From the IMG/VR virus record IMGVR_UViG_3300005323_000039, positions 64,001 through 115,197 of that record: a DNA stretch of 51,197 bases; one strand, given 5' to 3'. The DNA is from a virus. Its lineage: Duplodnaviria > Heunggongvirae > Uroviricota > Caudoviricetes. The notes beneath the pieces were generated by a model. That model saw only the letters and a list, made by a program, of their open reading frames with translations, had not been told where the DNA came from and did no database searches. Below are positions 17,156-26,466 of this stretch, one piece after another. A program made the translations under genes and the position numbers. How positions within the stretch are numbered: the stretch's first letter is position 1; each line of letters starts with the position of its first letter.

Positions 17156-18162
17156 AGGGTTTCGGCACTTTGGCGTAACTCAGTGCAACAAGCTACAACT
17201 TTGTCTAATGGTTTCTCGTACATAGACCACTTGGCAAGGGATTTCTCAGAGTTTGTTATACAAAGGCGATACTTCATACAAACTTTCTCCTTTGGTATTA
17301 ACCATACATGCAAAGGATTTAAATTATCACGATCATCAAACGCGATACACAAGAAATAATCTGCAACATCGCTTTTGTTTATATCAAATGACCAATAATT
17401 ACCTCTATATAATGTAGAACTCTTCACGTCAATTTTAAATCCTTTAGAACATATAAAGTCAAAGCCGGGATTGCAAGGTGGCATTCTCGTTACATGTTCA
17501 AAATATCTAAAAAGAACTCTTTCTGCTATATGAACACCCAGATACATTGAACATTCTTTATTTACATGATGAGGAGTACCGCCATTTGCATAATATATTG
17601 AACGACTGCGTTGTCTGCGACGTTCTGGTGTATCAATACCACCCTTCCACTTCACAACAGGTATATCAAGTTTTGTAGTCCATTTACTTATAGTCCATTG
17701 ATCGACGCCAAGTTCTTCGGCAACTTGAGATGTTGATTTATGACGATTTATACACTGTTCATATAGCCATTCCTTGTCACGATATTTCTTAGAGGCATCG
17801 TTGGAAGTTTCTAACAAGGCGGATTCTGAGATAGTTCTGCGAGGTATGTTGTATTCGTTAAGCCTGTTGTAAACCATATCTATGCTACAATTGTTTTCGA
17901 ATGCAATTACAGAAGCGGATTTCTGTAAAGTTGTGTATTGTTCATATAACAATTCTTTGGTTGGGTTAAACGTAGTATAACTAGACGAATGTTGTATCAA
18001 GGTGGTTTCTGCAGGAGTACGTTTGACAATATCGAGCTGTTTCAACCTCCGATGTATTGGAGTTGCAGAACACTCTAAATCTTTTGCAATACTTTGAACT
18101 GACCGTTTCTGATTAATGTATTGATCAATCAACCAATCGTCGTTTAACAAAATTTTCTTCAT
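17152..18162 (-). CDS. putative homing endonuclease: three HTH repeats plus PD-(D/E)XK domain
   Basis: Three WL.EQY...KS...IA.EL.C repeats; AERVL...GFDFIC..GFKIDVKSS catalytic pattern. Confidence 0.75.
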   Translation of the reverse strand: MKKILLNDDWLIDQYINQKRSVQSIAKDLECSATPIHRRLKQLDIVKRTPAETTLIQHSSSYTTFNPTKELLYEQYTTLQKSASVIAFENNCSIDMVYNRLNEYNIPRRTISESALLETSNDASKKYRDKEWLYEQCINRHKSTSQVAEELGVDQWTISKWTTKLDIPVVKWKGGIDTPERRRQRSRSIYYANGGTPHHVNKECSMYLGVHIAERVLFRYFEHVTRMPPCNPGFDFICSKGFKIDVKSSTLYRGNYWSFDINKSDVADYFLCIAFDDRDNLNPLHVWLIPKEKVCMKYRLCITNSEKSLAKWSMYEKPLDKVVACCTELRQSAETL

Positions 18163-18255
18163 AAAAAAGAACCTACGTATCGTTATAATTACAAATATAT
18201 AAAGTTTTCGGGAAGATCAAAATGAAACAAATTAAAAGTTTAAAAATTTTCGGAG

Positions 18256-19917
18256 TTGAGTAACATGGTTACATATGGCAATCCGTCCGGACTGGTAGGG
18301 CTTACAATAGAACTTAGGACAGTTGGTCCCGTTCCTGTTATCGTTGGACAAGGCATACTTGGTCTCGTTGGAGAGAGTACGCGCGGACCTGTCGCAACAT
18401 GCATCGGTATGGGCAGTTGGGTAGATGCTACGCATTACTTCCATTCTGGAGATCTAAAAGAAGCAATAGAGTTGGCGTTTGGTCAAGGCGCACCTGTAGT
18501 CTATGCAGTAAGAGTACTAGGCACTGGTTACGCAACAGCTACACGCACTCTAACTGATGGTCTGACTCCAGCGAATAACGTTGTTGTAGTGAATGCAGCG
18601 AGCGAAGGCAATTGGGGCAACTCCGTTTGGATGACAATAGCGGACAGTTCGTACTATGCATATGAAACAGAAACCAATTTGGCTGGAGATGGCACAGTCG
18701 GTCCATACTACACGCAGATGGCCAACTTAGTACATCCGACTCCAGACACAAATTGGGTCAAAGTGAATGGAGTTGCTAAAGTTGTAGTGTATTCTGGTGG
18801 AGATTTGGCCGCAGGCAAAGTCCATATAGATATTGTTAATGGTTCGATCACATTTTACACAGGTGAGGAACCCACAACAACTGACGTCATAACGTACAGC
18901 ATCAAACACAAGACCAAACACGTCACTCTAACTGACAATGTTGTAGAGGAAACATACGACAGGATCAGAAGCTTGGATCATCTAGAAGCTGAATTATTGA
19001 ATAGTGCATTAGTTAGAGCTGTGCCTGAAGTTGGCGAAACGCACCTTCCGACTAATGGCACATTCATTCTTACAGGAGGATCGGATGGACTCGCTATAAC
19101 TGTACAAGATTGGGAAGACGCTCTGGCCGTTCTTGGTGAGGAAACAATAAAGTTAGTTGGCGCGCCAACTTGCGTTGCCATCACTTCAAACGAAGTTAAT
19201 TCTTCAACAAATGACTTGATACCTGCGCTGGATGCGTTCTTGACTTCAATGGCTAACGATTTCCACCCCTGCTTAGGGTTTGTTGGACTCGATCCAAACA
19301 CTTCACAGGATGCTGCATTGGAAATCGCTTCAGGTTACAATAATCGTCTGCTGAGTATTGTGCCCAATCCCTGGGACGATTCCGACGACGCCAAAAATAT
19401 TGCTGTTGCTAGAGCAGCTAAAGAATGTGCGATGGCATTAGGCGAATCTGCGGCAATGGCCGCTAACGCAATGAACGGCTTGAACGGCTTATTGAATCAA
19501 TTTACACAAACTCAAACCGACGTCCTAACGTATGGCGGACTTGACGTCATTATAAAGAAGCGTGGCATTCTACCCTACATTGGCATATCGACTGTCAAAT
19601 TGGATTCTGAATGGCAGTTCGCTCGTTGTGTCGATAATCGCACAATTAATTATATAATTGTCGCGACAGAATATATTACGCGCGCTTTTTACCACAAAAA
19701 GCGAACGAAGTCCGTTCTGAGTTCAATTAAAAGTTCGATTCAAACCATGCTAGAGGATCTCAAAAAGGACGAAAATATACGTGCGTATACTTTAGAAGTT
19801 TTGCCTCACGCAACCGACACAGGTAGAGTCAACATCTATATGTCTGTTGAAAATATTGGTCACATCGAACGATTCAGAACAATCTTGAGTGTAGGTATTC
19901 TAGAAGGAGTCGAGTGA
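18256..19917 (+). CDS. tail sheath protein (likely start ATG 18265)
   Basis: GLVGESTRGPV, YAVRV, AASEG.WGN, LTGGSDG, VDNRTINYI, FYHKKRT..V sheath motifs. Confidence 0.92.
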   Translation: MSNMVTYGNPSGLVGLTIELRTVGPVPVIVGQGILGLVGESTRGPVATCIGMGSWVDATHYFHSGDLKEAIELAFGQGAPVVYAVRVLGTGYATATRTLTDGLTPANNVVVVNAASEGNWGNSVWMTIADSSYYAYETETNLAGDGTVGPYYTQMANLVHPTPDTNWVKVNGVAKVVVYSGGDLAAGKVHIDIVNGSITFYTGEEPTTTDVITYSIKHKTKHVTLTDNVVEETYDRIRSLDHLEAELLNSALVRAVPEVGETHLPTNGTFILTGGSDGLAITVQDWEDALAVLGEETIKLVGAPTCVAITSNEVNSSTNDLIPALDAFLTSMANDFHPCLGFVGLDPNTSQDAALEIASGYNNRLLSIVPNPWDDSDDAKNIAVARAAKECAMALGESAAMAANAMNGLNGLLNQFTQTQTDVLTYGGLDVIIKKRGILPYIGISTVKLDSEWQFARCVDNRTINYIIVATEYITRAFYHKKRTKSVLSSIKSSIQTMLEDLKKDENIRAYTLEVLPHATDTGRVNIYMSVENIGHIERFRTILSVGILEGVE

Positions 19918-19964
19918 AACTCCTTCTGAACAATTTTTACTAATTTTATTGGAGGTTCAAATTT

Positions 19965-20513
19965 ATGGCCGAAGAATCATATACAGTGGTTGCATCTTCT
20001 CCGCATGACATTATATTGGAGTTTGTTATGAAGGACGCAAGCGGTCAAGATGCTGCTGTTGCAATTCCACTCAAAAATATAAGTTTTTCTCATACAATTG
20101 ATCACAATTTGGAGTATGGAACAGGAAGTCACCTACCTTATGCGGATACTGTCGGAAAAATCACACCAGGTGAGGGAAATTTTACAATAGGGACTTGGTG
20201 GGTATCGAGCGAATCTAACCCAAGTACATGGGATGCCTTAGTTCGTAATTATCTAACGTACAGTAATGACGAGGGCTTACCCAAGGAATTCGAAATTAGA
20301 GTTCACGCAAGACCAGGAGCATCCATGGTTTCTCAGGGCACTGGTACTTATGGAACAGGTTCAACCAGTTCTGGTGTTGACTCTATGTCCGACAAAATGG
20401 TCATACAAAAATATTTAAGATGTAAGCTTAAAGGAACGGGACTAGATATTCCTGAGGGATCTACAGTAACACGTAAATACGATTTCACATGTCTCAGAAC
20501 CGATCCACTCTAA
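19965..20513 (+). CDS. tail tube protein
   Basis: Directly after the sheath; EYGTGS...GKITPGEG..TI...W and K.L.CKL pattern. Confidence 0.8.
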   Translation: MAEESYTVVASSPHDIILEFVMKDASGQDAAVAIPLKNISFSHTIDHNLEYGTGSHLPYADTVGKITPGEGNFTIGTWWVSSESNPSTWDALVRNYLTYSNDEGLPKEFEIRVHARPGASMVSQGTGTYGTGSTSSGVDSMSDKMVIQKYLRCKLKGTGLDIPEGSTVTRKYDFTCLRTDPL

Positions 20514-20576
20514 CCACAAACTATTTATAGTTTAAAACGTAATAAATCCACAACTTTTTTTTTAAGGTGGATTTTT

Positions 20577-21443
20577 ATGTACAAAGGTTTTCGTCATTCT
20601 GAAGAATCTCGTCGTAAGATGTCAGAATCACACAAAGGTGTTCCCCTAAGTAAGGAAACATGTTCAAAAATTGCAGAAGCTCAACGTCGTAGGAAGGGTG
20701 AAAAACGATCACCTGAAGCGTGTGAAAATATTTCCAAATCAAAACGTGGAGAGAATAATCCAAACTATGGAAAGCATCTTAGTGAAGAATTGAAAAATAA
20801 AATACGTTCAACAAATATACGCACTTGGAGCGATCCTGAGCTCAGGAAAAGACAAAGTGAATTAGCCAAGTGTTATCCATTATCGGAATCAGCCCACGCA
20901 AACTTGGTGAAATCTCATCAAACCGATGAATTTAAGGCCAAAATATCACGTGCACAAAAAGGAATACCAGAAACACAAGAAGCTATATTGTCGTTAAGAG
21001 AATCGCACCAAACACCAGAATTCAGGAAGAAAATGTCGGATTCTTATACTCCAGAAAGGAAAGAAAAGCTATCTAAACAGATGCAAGGAGATAAAAATCA
21101 TAATTTTGGTAAAACAAGAGAGAAGTCTTCCATGTGGAAAGGTGGAATCAGTTTTGGCCCGTATTGTCCATTGTTCAATTATCAGTTTAAGGAACATATT
21201 CGCGACAAATTCAATAGGGTTTGTTTCATTTGTGATAAATTGGAAGAAGAGTGTGTCACGAAGCTTTGCGTTCATCATATCGACTATAACAAGAATAGTG
21301 TTTGTAATGGCAAAGAATGGGCATTCGTACCATTATGTAAATCTTGTCATAGCAAAACTAACAGTAACAGATGGTATTGGTTTAACTTGTTAATCAATTA
21401 TTGGGCAATGAACAAAGATATTATGTTTGAGGAATTTTCATGA
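20577..21443 (+). CDS. NUMOD3-repeat HNH homing endonuclease
   Basis: HSEESRRKMSESHKG NUMOD3 repeats; CFIC...VHHIDYNKN...LCKSCHSKTN HNH. Confidence 0.88.
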   Translation: MYKGFRHSEESRRKMSESHKGVPLSKETCSKIAEAQRRRKGEKRSPEACENISKSKRGENNPNYGKHLSEELKNKIRSTNIRTWSDPELRKRQSELAKCYPLSESAHANLVKSHQTDEFKAKISRAQKGIPETQEAILSLRESHQTPEFRKKMSDSYTPERKEKLSKQMQGDKNHNFGKTREKSSMWKGGISFGPYCPLFNYQFKEHIRDKFNRVCFICDKLEEECVTKLCVHHIDYNKNSVCNGKEWAFVPLCKSCHSKTNSNRWYWFNLLINYWAMNKDIMFEEFS

Positions 21444-21796
21444 AATTGACTAAAGAACAAATTATTAAAGGAAAAGAATTCAGGAAAGAAATAAAATTAA
21501 GTGCATATGGTGAAGATTGCACTGTAGATATACGCCCGCTCACATCGCTAGAATTGGAAAAAGTTTTCCAAGAGCTAGAAAAATCCGGCCAATATGTACG
21601 TAACGATGATACATTGGGTGGCAAGCTCGCGCTCATGCGCAAAGTGGCTGAAGTCGGAATAGTTGATGAAGAGTTGCGCAACCTTTTACCTGACTTACTG
21701 GGGTCAAGTGTACAAGAAATTGGCGCTGCAATCCTTGATTTGAGTTATTCTTCACCAGATGCGGTGAAAGATTTTTCTCAACAGACGAAGGCTTAA
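21440..21796 (+). CDS. tail assembly chaperone (G-like)
   Basis: 118 aa between tube and tape measure; V.IRPLT..E motif. Confidence 0.8.
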   Translation: MKLTKEQIIKGKEFRKEIKLSAYGEDCTVDIRPLTSLELEKVFQELEKSGQYVRNDDTLGGKLALMRKVAEVGIVDEELRNLLPDLLGSSVQEIGAAILDLSYSSPDAVKDFSQQTKA

Positions 21797-22053
21797 ATCT
21801 GGCCGTTCTTCACCACGCTGGATATCTGCTTGCTCCTACTTTGGCAGATCTTACACCTTTGCAAGAAAATAGCGCGTCGGAAATGGTCGCAATAATACTC
21901 GAAGCTAAGACTGGCAAGCCACGTTCTTCAGCGCGCGTATATACGCCAGAATCTTTTGCGCAGGAAAAGTTTGGTCAGAAGAATTATAAGACTGAGAAAG
22001 TGCCGGACGGATTCGTATGGCAGACCATCAAGCCCTTGAACAAAAAGCAATAA
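21770..22053 (+). CDS. -1 frameshift extension of the chaperone (GT-like)
   Basis: GAT TTT TCT at 21770-21778; the -1 frame is open to 22053 and reads FSTDEGLNLAVLHHAGYLLAPTLADLTPLQ. Confidence 0.75.
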
Positions 22054-22129
22054 AATATATCGAGTATATAGAACACATACAATAACTATATATTGCAGAA
22101 TGAGTATATAGTGGAGTTGGTGATAAGTT

Positions 22130-22384
22130 ATGTTCAAAAAGCTATCAGATGAAGCAATTGGTGGTGCTGAAAGGTTTGCCTATGTAATGACCGCGTTCAC
22201 CTGCTGGCTCGTAGCCGGAGTCCTAATGATTGTAGGCATTCCTCTATGTGCGATCATCATAGGGATATTTGTTGTCATGTTAGGTGGAGTTGTTGGCTTT
22301 ATCGGGTGTCAGTATATGTGGGCGGCAATAACTGGCAAAAAGATAACATCTGATACGAAGTCTTCAGATCCAATCGTTGCCTAA
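22130..22384 (+). CDS. small membrane protein
   Basis: 84 aa, two or more hydrophobic helices. Confidence 0.6.
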   Translation: MFKKLSDEAIGGAERFAYVMTAFTCWLVAGVLMIVGIPLCAIIIGIFVVMLGGVVGFIGCQYMWAAITGKKITSDTKSSDPIVA

Positions 22385-22400
22385 ATTTTTATAATTTTTA

Positions 22401-24725
22401 TTGTTATTTCTATTCTATTGTTTCTATTTGTTCCAATTTGAGGCGTCCATGAGTGACATTCGTACTTTAACTGTTTTATTTAATGCAATCGACAGCGTAT
22501 CTGAAACTTTCGACGATGTGGAGGAACGTTACGAAAAGTTAAATGAAGCGGAAGCTATCGTACACGTTATGGCTGAAGGCACGAACGCTGCTTATGGCGA
22601 TTTAGAAGAAGTACAATCTCTAGCCGACAATATTGATGGAAAGGTTGTATCGATTGAATCTATTGCAAACGGCCAGGCAGTACAAAACCTCAAGCAACAA
22701 ATAGATAGCGTTACGCAGGCTCAAGCTCAGTCAAATCAAACACATACACAATCTGTCAGTACGTGGGACAAGGTTTCGTCTGCAATAGGAAATGCTTCGC
22801 AAACCTTGGAACAATATAAAAACGATTTATTGATGGTGTCCGGAGTTTTGGCTGGATTCGTTGGCTTGACAGGAATGGCCGCAATCCAAACCGAAGAGCT
22901 AAAAGAAGCCACCCTATCTAAAGTTCCTGACGAACTACGTTCTGTCGTAGAGGAATGGATGGAAAACCCGATGCGTGGAATAGAAGATGAAGCACGCAAA
23001 CGTTCTTTTATTTCACTAAGCGCAATGCCTGGCATCGATACCAACGAAGCGATGAAATACACTGAGATGTTTGAAAAATATCAATTTGATCCTAAAAATT
23101 ATGCACGCTTAAAGCAAGAAATGGGTATCACTTCGCCTGATCAACTAGTTAAGTACATTCAGCAAGCATCGTATAGTTCAGGTGGTCGTTCAATCAATCG
23201 GTTGGGTGTTATGCTTGGAGCAAAAGGTCTCACAGGAGACGCTCTTACAGCAGAAATGGAAAGCGTTGGAGCTGACAAAAACGATATTGAAGCTAGGACA
23301 GCGGCCATATTTAGAATCCTTCAAAGGGAAATGAAAAATCTGTCGGGAGGTCCAGAAACTGTTGCCATGAAGTTCCAAATATTCTACGCAACAATGGACA
23401 ATCTGACTAAATTGATACAGTCCGCCACAATACCCTATTTTCAATCTATGGCCGACACAATGGTCATGTTAGGCGAAAAACTGAGCGTACTTGAAAAACA
23501 TCCCGGCCTGATGAAACTCATTGGTTTCACTCTAATGTTCATATCGATGTCAGCAGGTCTTGCCACTGTTGTTGCTAATTATGGCCGCATCAAGTCCGCT
23601 GTAATTGCGTTGAGTGCCGCATATAAAGCAATGGGTCTTGCCTTGATTGCAAATCCTTTGCTCACGGCAATCGTTTTGATTGTAGCAGCCGTCGGATTGT
23701 TACTTTACAAGACAGGATACCTTGAAAGAGCGTGGAATCGATTCTCTCAGTCTGCAATGGGACAGGATTTGTTCAAATTCCTATCGACAATTGCAACAAT
23801 GCTCGATGACATGCTCACAAAAACTGACGAGTGGTGGGCTTCATGGTCTCGCTCACCTGAAGGTCAGCAATTCTTTAAAATGTTAGAGGATGCGGCATAT
23901 TGGGCCGGAGTTCTATTCGATCAAGTAGACGCCCTATATAAATCGATGCCAGGAACTGGAACGCAGAAGGCTATAGTGATGTTGATTCCTGGAGCTGCCA
24001 TTGGATTTGCAGCAATGGCGCTTGTCGCAAAACTTGTGCAAACTCTAACCGAACAACTATATGATTTATACAAATCCGCATCAATAGTTGAAAGAGTAAC
24101 AACCCTAATTTATAGAATCCTCCAATGGATTAAAAACGTAGCAGATACGATTTATACGGCCTTGGTAGGATTGTGGCGTGCAATACTCGAACTTCCAACT
24201 AAACTCAACGACGCTATAGACAAAAAAGTAAAATCTGTTACAAATACTGCATCGGATGCCACCACAAATGCCATAAGTTATATTGCTCCAATAGCTGACG
24301 TTGCAGATAAAGTGATGCCTAACCAAGAGCAAAGGCAAAGTGGCCGCGAATTGTCACAAAATATCGAGAGTGACGCGGGCGGCCATTGGGCCTTTTACGG
24401 AGACGATTCCGTATGGGTCTCTGCTAATGGCCAAGAATATAGAAATCCATTAGATGATCCTGCATATAATGCAGCTTACGTTGAGAACGTGGAGAGTGCG
24501 GCAACAGGCGCACGCATTATTCGTGGCGGATTGTTACGCGTTCATGATAATGAGAGTGTAAAACCCGCTCGTATATCCCGCACACAGGACGCATCAAGCG
24601 ACTCAAACAAACGTGAGTATAATTTTTATGCAACCTTTAATGGGTGGGGCGGCGATAAAAACGCAATGCGTCGTGAAGTGGAAGGCTGGATCGCAAAAGG
24701 TCTGCGCCAGCAACACGGCTTCTAA
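22401..24725 (+). CDS. tape measure protein (likely start ATG 22449)
   Basis: Long helical Ala/Leu-rich protein with hydrophobic stretches, LRVHDNESV C-terminal motif; follows the chaperones. Confidence 0.88.
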   Translation: MLFLFYCFYLFQFEASMSDIRTLTVLFNAIDSVSETFDDVEERYEKLNEAEAIVHVMAEGTNAAYGDLEEVQSLADNIDGKVVSIESIANGQAVQNLKQQIDSVTQAQAQSNQTHTQSVSTWDKVSSAIGNASQTLEQYKNDLLMVSGVLAGFVGLTGMAAIQTEELKEATLSKVPDELRSVVEEWMENPMRGIEDEARKRSFISLSAMPGIDTNEAMKYTEMFEKYQFDPKNYARLKQEMGITSPDQLVKYIQQASYSSGGRSINRLGVMLGAKGLTGDALTAEMESVGADKNDIEARTAAIFRILQREMKNLSGGPETVAMKFQIFYATMDNLTKLIQSATIPYFQSMADTMVMLGEKLSVLEKHPGLMKLIGFTLMFISMSAGLATVVANYGRIKSAVIALSAAYKAMGLALIANPLLTAIVLIVAAVGLLLYKTGYLERAWNRFSQSAMGQDLFKFLSTIATMLDDMLTKTDEWWASWSRSPEGQQFFKMLEDAAYWAGVLFDQVDALYKSMPGTGTQKAIVMLIPGAAIGFAAMALVAKLVQTLTEQLYDLYKSASIVERVTTLIYRILQWIKNVADTIYTALVGLWRAILELPTKLNDAIDKKVKSVTNTASDATTNAISYIAPIADVADKVMPNQEQRQSGRELSQNIESDAGGHWAFYGDDSVWVSANGQEYRNPLDDPAYNAAYVENVESAATGARIIRGGLLRVHDNESVKPARISRTQDASSDSNKREYNFYATFNGWGGDKNAMRREVEGWIAKGLRQQHGF

Positions 24726-24743
24726 ACAAAAAACAATAGATCA

Positions 24744-24776
24744 TTGGAGCAAGTAACACTACGTTATTTGCCCCAA
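24744..24776 (-). terminator. 14-bp hairpin plus T-tract ending the GAT-array transcript
   Basis: TTGGGGCAAATAAC-gtagt-GTTACTTGCTCCAA followed by TATTGTTTTTTGTTT on the minus strand. Confidence 0.65.
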
Positions 24777-24781
24777 TATAT

Positions 24782-24841
24782 ATATCAAATTTCATCGTAT
24801 CCCGACGTATCTGATCCCATCTTATCTAATCAGAACGCATG
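24782..24841 (-). ncRNA. GAT-NN pentamer array C2
   Basis: 12 units, 8 GAT: catGC gttCT gatTA gatAA gatGG gatCA gatAC gtcGG gatAC gatGA aatTT gatAT. Confidence 0.8.
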
Positions 24842-24901
24842 ACTCCACTACTCGGAGTCTAAGTTGGATATGAGGTATGAATTCAATATCCAACACACTG
24901 C

Positions 24902-24966
24902 GCATCGCATCAAATTATATCCCATCTTATCTAATCAAATCACGTTTCATCTCATCTCGTCGCATA
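24902..24966 (-). ncRNA. GAT-NN pentamer array C1
   Basis: 13 units, 9 GAT: tatGC gacGA gatGA gatGA aacGT gatTT gatTA gatAA gatGG gatAT aatTT gatGC gatGC. Confidence 0.8.
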
Positions 24967-24983
24967 AATGTCAAATATTAAAT

Positions 24984-25253
24984 TTATTCCTCGATGATTT
25001 CTCCATACCATTCTTTGGGCGCTTTTGATCGTAACTCACTATAAAAGTTTGTAAGATCGGCACGAATTTGCTTTAATACAACAGATGTCAATTGTTCGAT
25101 AATGCCTGGTATATTATGATCATCTGTTACATGTTCTTCGTATATGTTGGTCAATTCTTCTATTTTGAGACCAATTTCACGCAATTTTGATAATTCATCT
25201 CGACTTATTTCAATACTGGATGTCATTGTAACACCTGAAATATGAGCAATCAA
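24984..25253 (-). CDS. small helical accessory protein of the RAMP operon
   Basis: 89 aa, translationally coupled to 25254-25757. Confidence 0.6.
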   Translation of the reverse strand: MIAHISGVTMTSSIEISRDELSKLREIGLKIEELTNIYEEHVTDDHNIPGIIEQLTSVVLKQIRADLTNFYSELRSKAPKEWYGEIIEE

Positions 25254-25757
25254 TCATTCGAATTTTGGTTTAATTGGTACTGAACTTACACCACTTTCAT
25301 GTCTACCAGACTTAGGAGATCGTAATGAATCGTACATTGTTTTTACAGTTCCAAGCATTCCACGTCTGACAGACAACTGTGCTCTGTCGGATTCCGGCAT
25401 CAAGTGTTCGATTCTGGACGCAATATTGCACGCTCTGAATCCTCTATCAGCGGCTCTGGCTGCCCTTGACCATTTGTTGTTTACGATGATTGTGGCATTT
25501 TTGCCACCAATCAATTCTATGCCATCTCCTTTGTAGCAATGATACTCGATTTCCATTTTGTACAATACACGACGCATTAAATCTTTTCCATCAGTATCCA
25601 TAACGATTTCAGTGTCGTTTTCGATTTGCTTGTACGATAGGAATTTGCCCATAGGCTTATCTGAAAAATATGTATGGAGTTTGACGTATTCCGCTGAAGG
25701 CATACGTCCTTTGCTCGTTTTTGATTTTTTAGATTTGGTCACTTTTTCACCAACCAA
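25254..25757 (-). CDS. basic accessory protein, possible winged-helix DNA binder
   Basis: Overlaps the RAMP gene stop; GKFLSYKQIENDT...LMRRVL..MEIEY.C..G.GIEL pattern. Confidence 0.55.
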   Translation of the reverse strand: MVGEKVTKSKKSKTSKGRMPSAEYVKLHTYFSDKPMGKFLSYKQIENDTEIVMDTDGKDLMRRVLYKMEIEYHCYKGDGIELIGGKNATIIVNNKWSRAARAADRGFRACNIASRIEHLMPESDRAQLSVRRGMLGTVKTMYDSLRSPKSGRHESGVSSVPIKPKFE

Positions 25758-26302
25758 TTAACGTTTTTGACAGAGAATCTTCCGAACCATCCACGTCTTT
25801 CTGGTCGAAACATTCCAATTCCAATAAACATACCACTAGTTTTGAGATGTTCGATGAAAACATCGCGTGTTATGACTTCATCGAATATGTTGTAGCGAAC
25901 TGTACCTTGCCATTTATCCACAACAGGAAAACATCTATATACTCGGGTGCTTCCACCGACCTTACCATCTGCAGGTACATAAAGCCAATTTGGACGCAAT
26001 CCATCCTTTTTCATGGGAAGTACCAGAGGATCTACGACCATTATTGCTGCATCGAACTTCTTCTTGAATGTTTTGTTTCGCTCACCGGGAACCTTCTTGC
26101 TCATGTATCCTGCAGCACCTTTGATCGAATTAGAAAACATTTCGGGTGGTATTATTACATTACCGTCGGAATCGTAGTGTGCACGATCTTGCCAATGAGT
26201 TTGTTCCCACTCTTCGAATGGCTTTGTTGCGTTCCCTGCATATTTTCCAAACTGCAAAGGTGTTGTACCTTCCAACAAACATTCAGCTATTATTTCTATC
26301 AT
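25739..26302 (-). CDS. Cas7/RAMP-like protein 2 (Vipr-like), linked to GAT-NN arrays
   Basis: N-terminal LEGTTPL strand, VIIPPEMFSNSIKGAA helix, C-terminal Gly loop GMFIGIGMFRPERRGWFGRFSV; alignable to 32831-33397. Confidence 0.75.
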   Translation of the reverse strand: MIEIIAECLLEGTTPLQFGKYAGNATKPFEEWEQTHWQDRAHYDSDGNVIIPPEMFSNSIKGAAGYMSKKVPGERNKTFKKKFDAAIMVVDPLVLPMKKDGLRPNWLYVPADGKVGGSTRVYRCFPVVDKWQGTVRYNIFDEVITRDVFIEHLKTSGMFIGIGMFRPERRGWFGRFSVKNVNWLVKK

Positions 26303-26313
26303 GTAAATACCTC

Positions 26314-26388
26314 ATGTCTTGACTCAAATGGTCGTATCGCATCCAATCAAATCCAATTCTATCATATCGCATTTTATATGATCGCATC
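26314..26388 (-). ncRNA. GAT-NN pentamer array D in the leader of RAMP gene 2
   Basis: 12 core units (8 GAT) gatGC gatCA tatAA aatGC gatAT gatAG aatTG gatTT gatTG gatGC gatAC gacCA plus 3 degenerate units ending at the GAGGT ribosome-binding site. Confidence 0.8.
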
Positions 26389-26444
26389 TTAATTGTATTT
26401 TGCACTACGTTTTGATTGTAGGCATTACGCTTTAACGTTATATT

Positions 26445-26463
26445 AATATATATAGGTTTTGGT
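26445..26463 (-). promoter_or_regulatory. BRE-TATA promoter of the array D/RAMP2 operon
   Basis: ACCAAAACCTATATATTAA on the minus strand. Confidence 0.65.
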
Positions 26464-26466
26464 TAC

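Noticed and set aside
24782-26388. Simple microsatellite or low-complexity coding explanation for the arrays
   Set aside because: Positions 1-3 are conserved while 4-5 vary freely, the arrays have promoters and terminal hairpins, and they flank RAMP-like genes. The overlapping ORF 25847-26392 is antisense noise.
24782-26388. Self-targets for the GAT arrays
   Set aside because: Codon-phased decoding by eye gave only weak partial hits (e.g. EDDD in 26467-26919, WIAK in the tape measure); a computational gapped search is needed.
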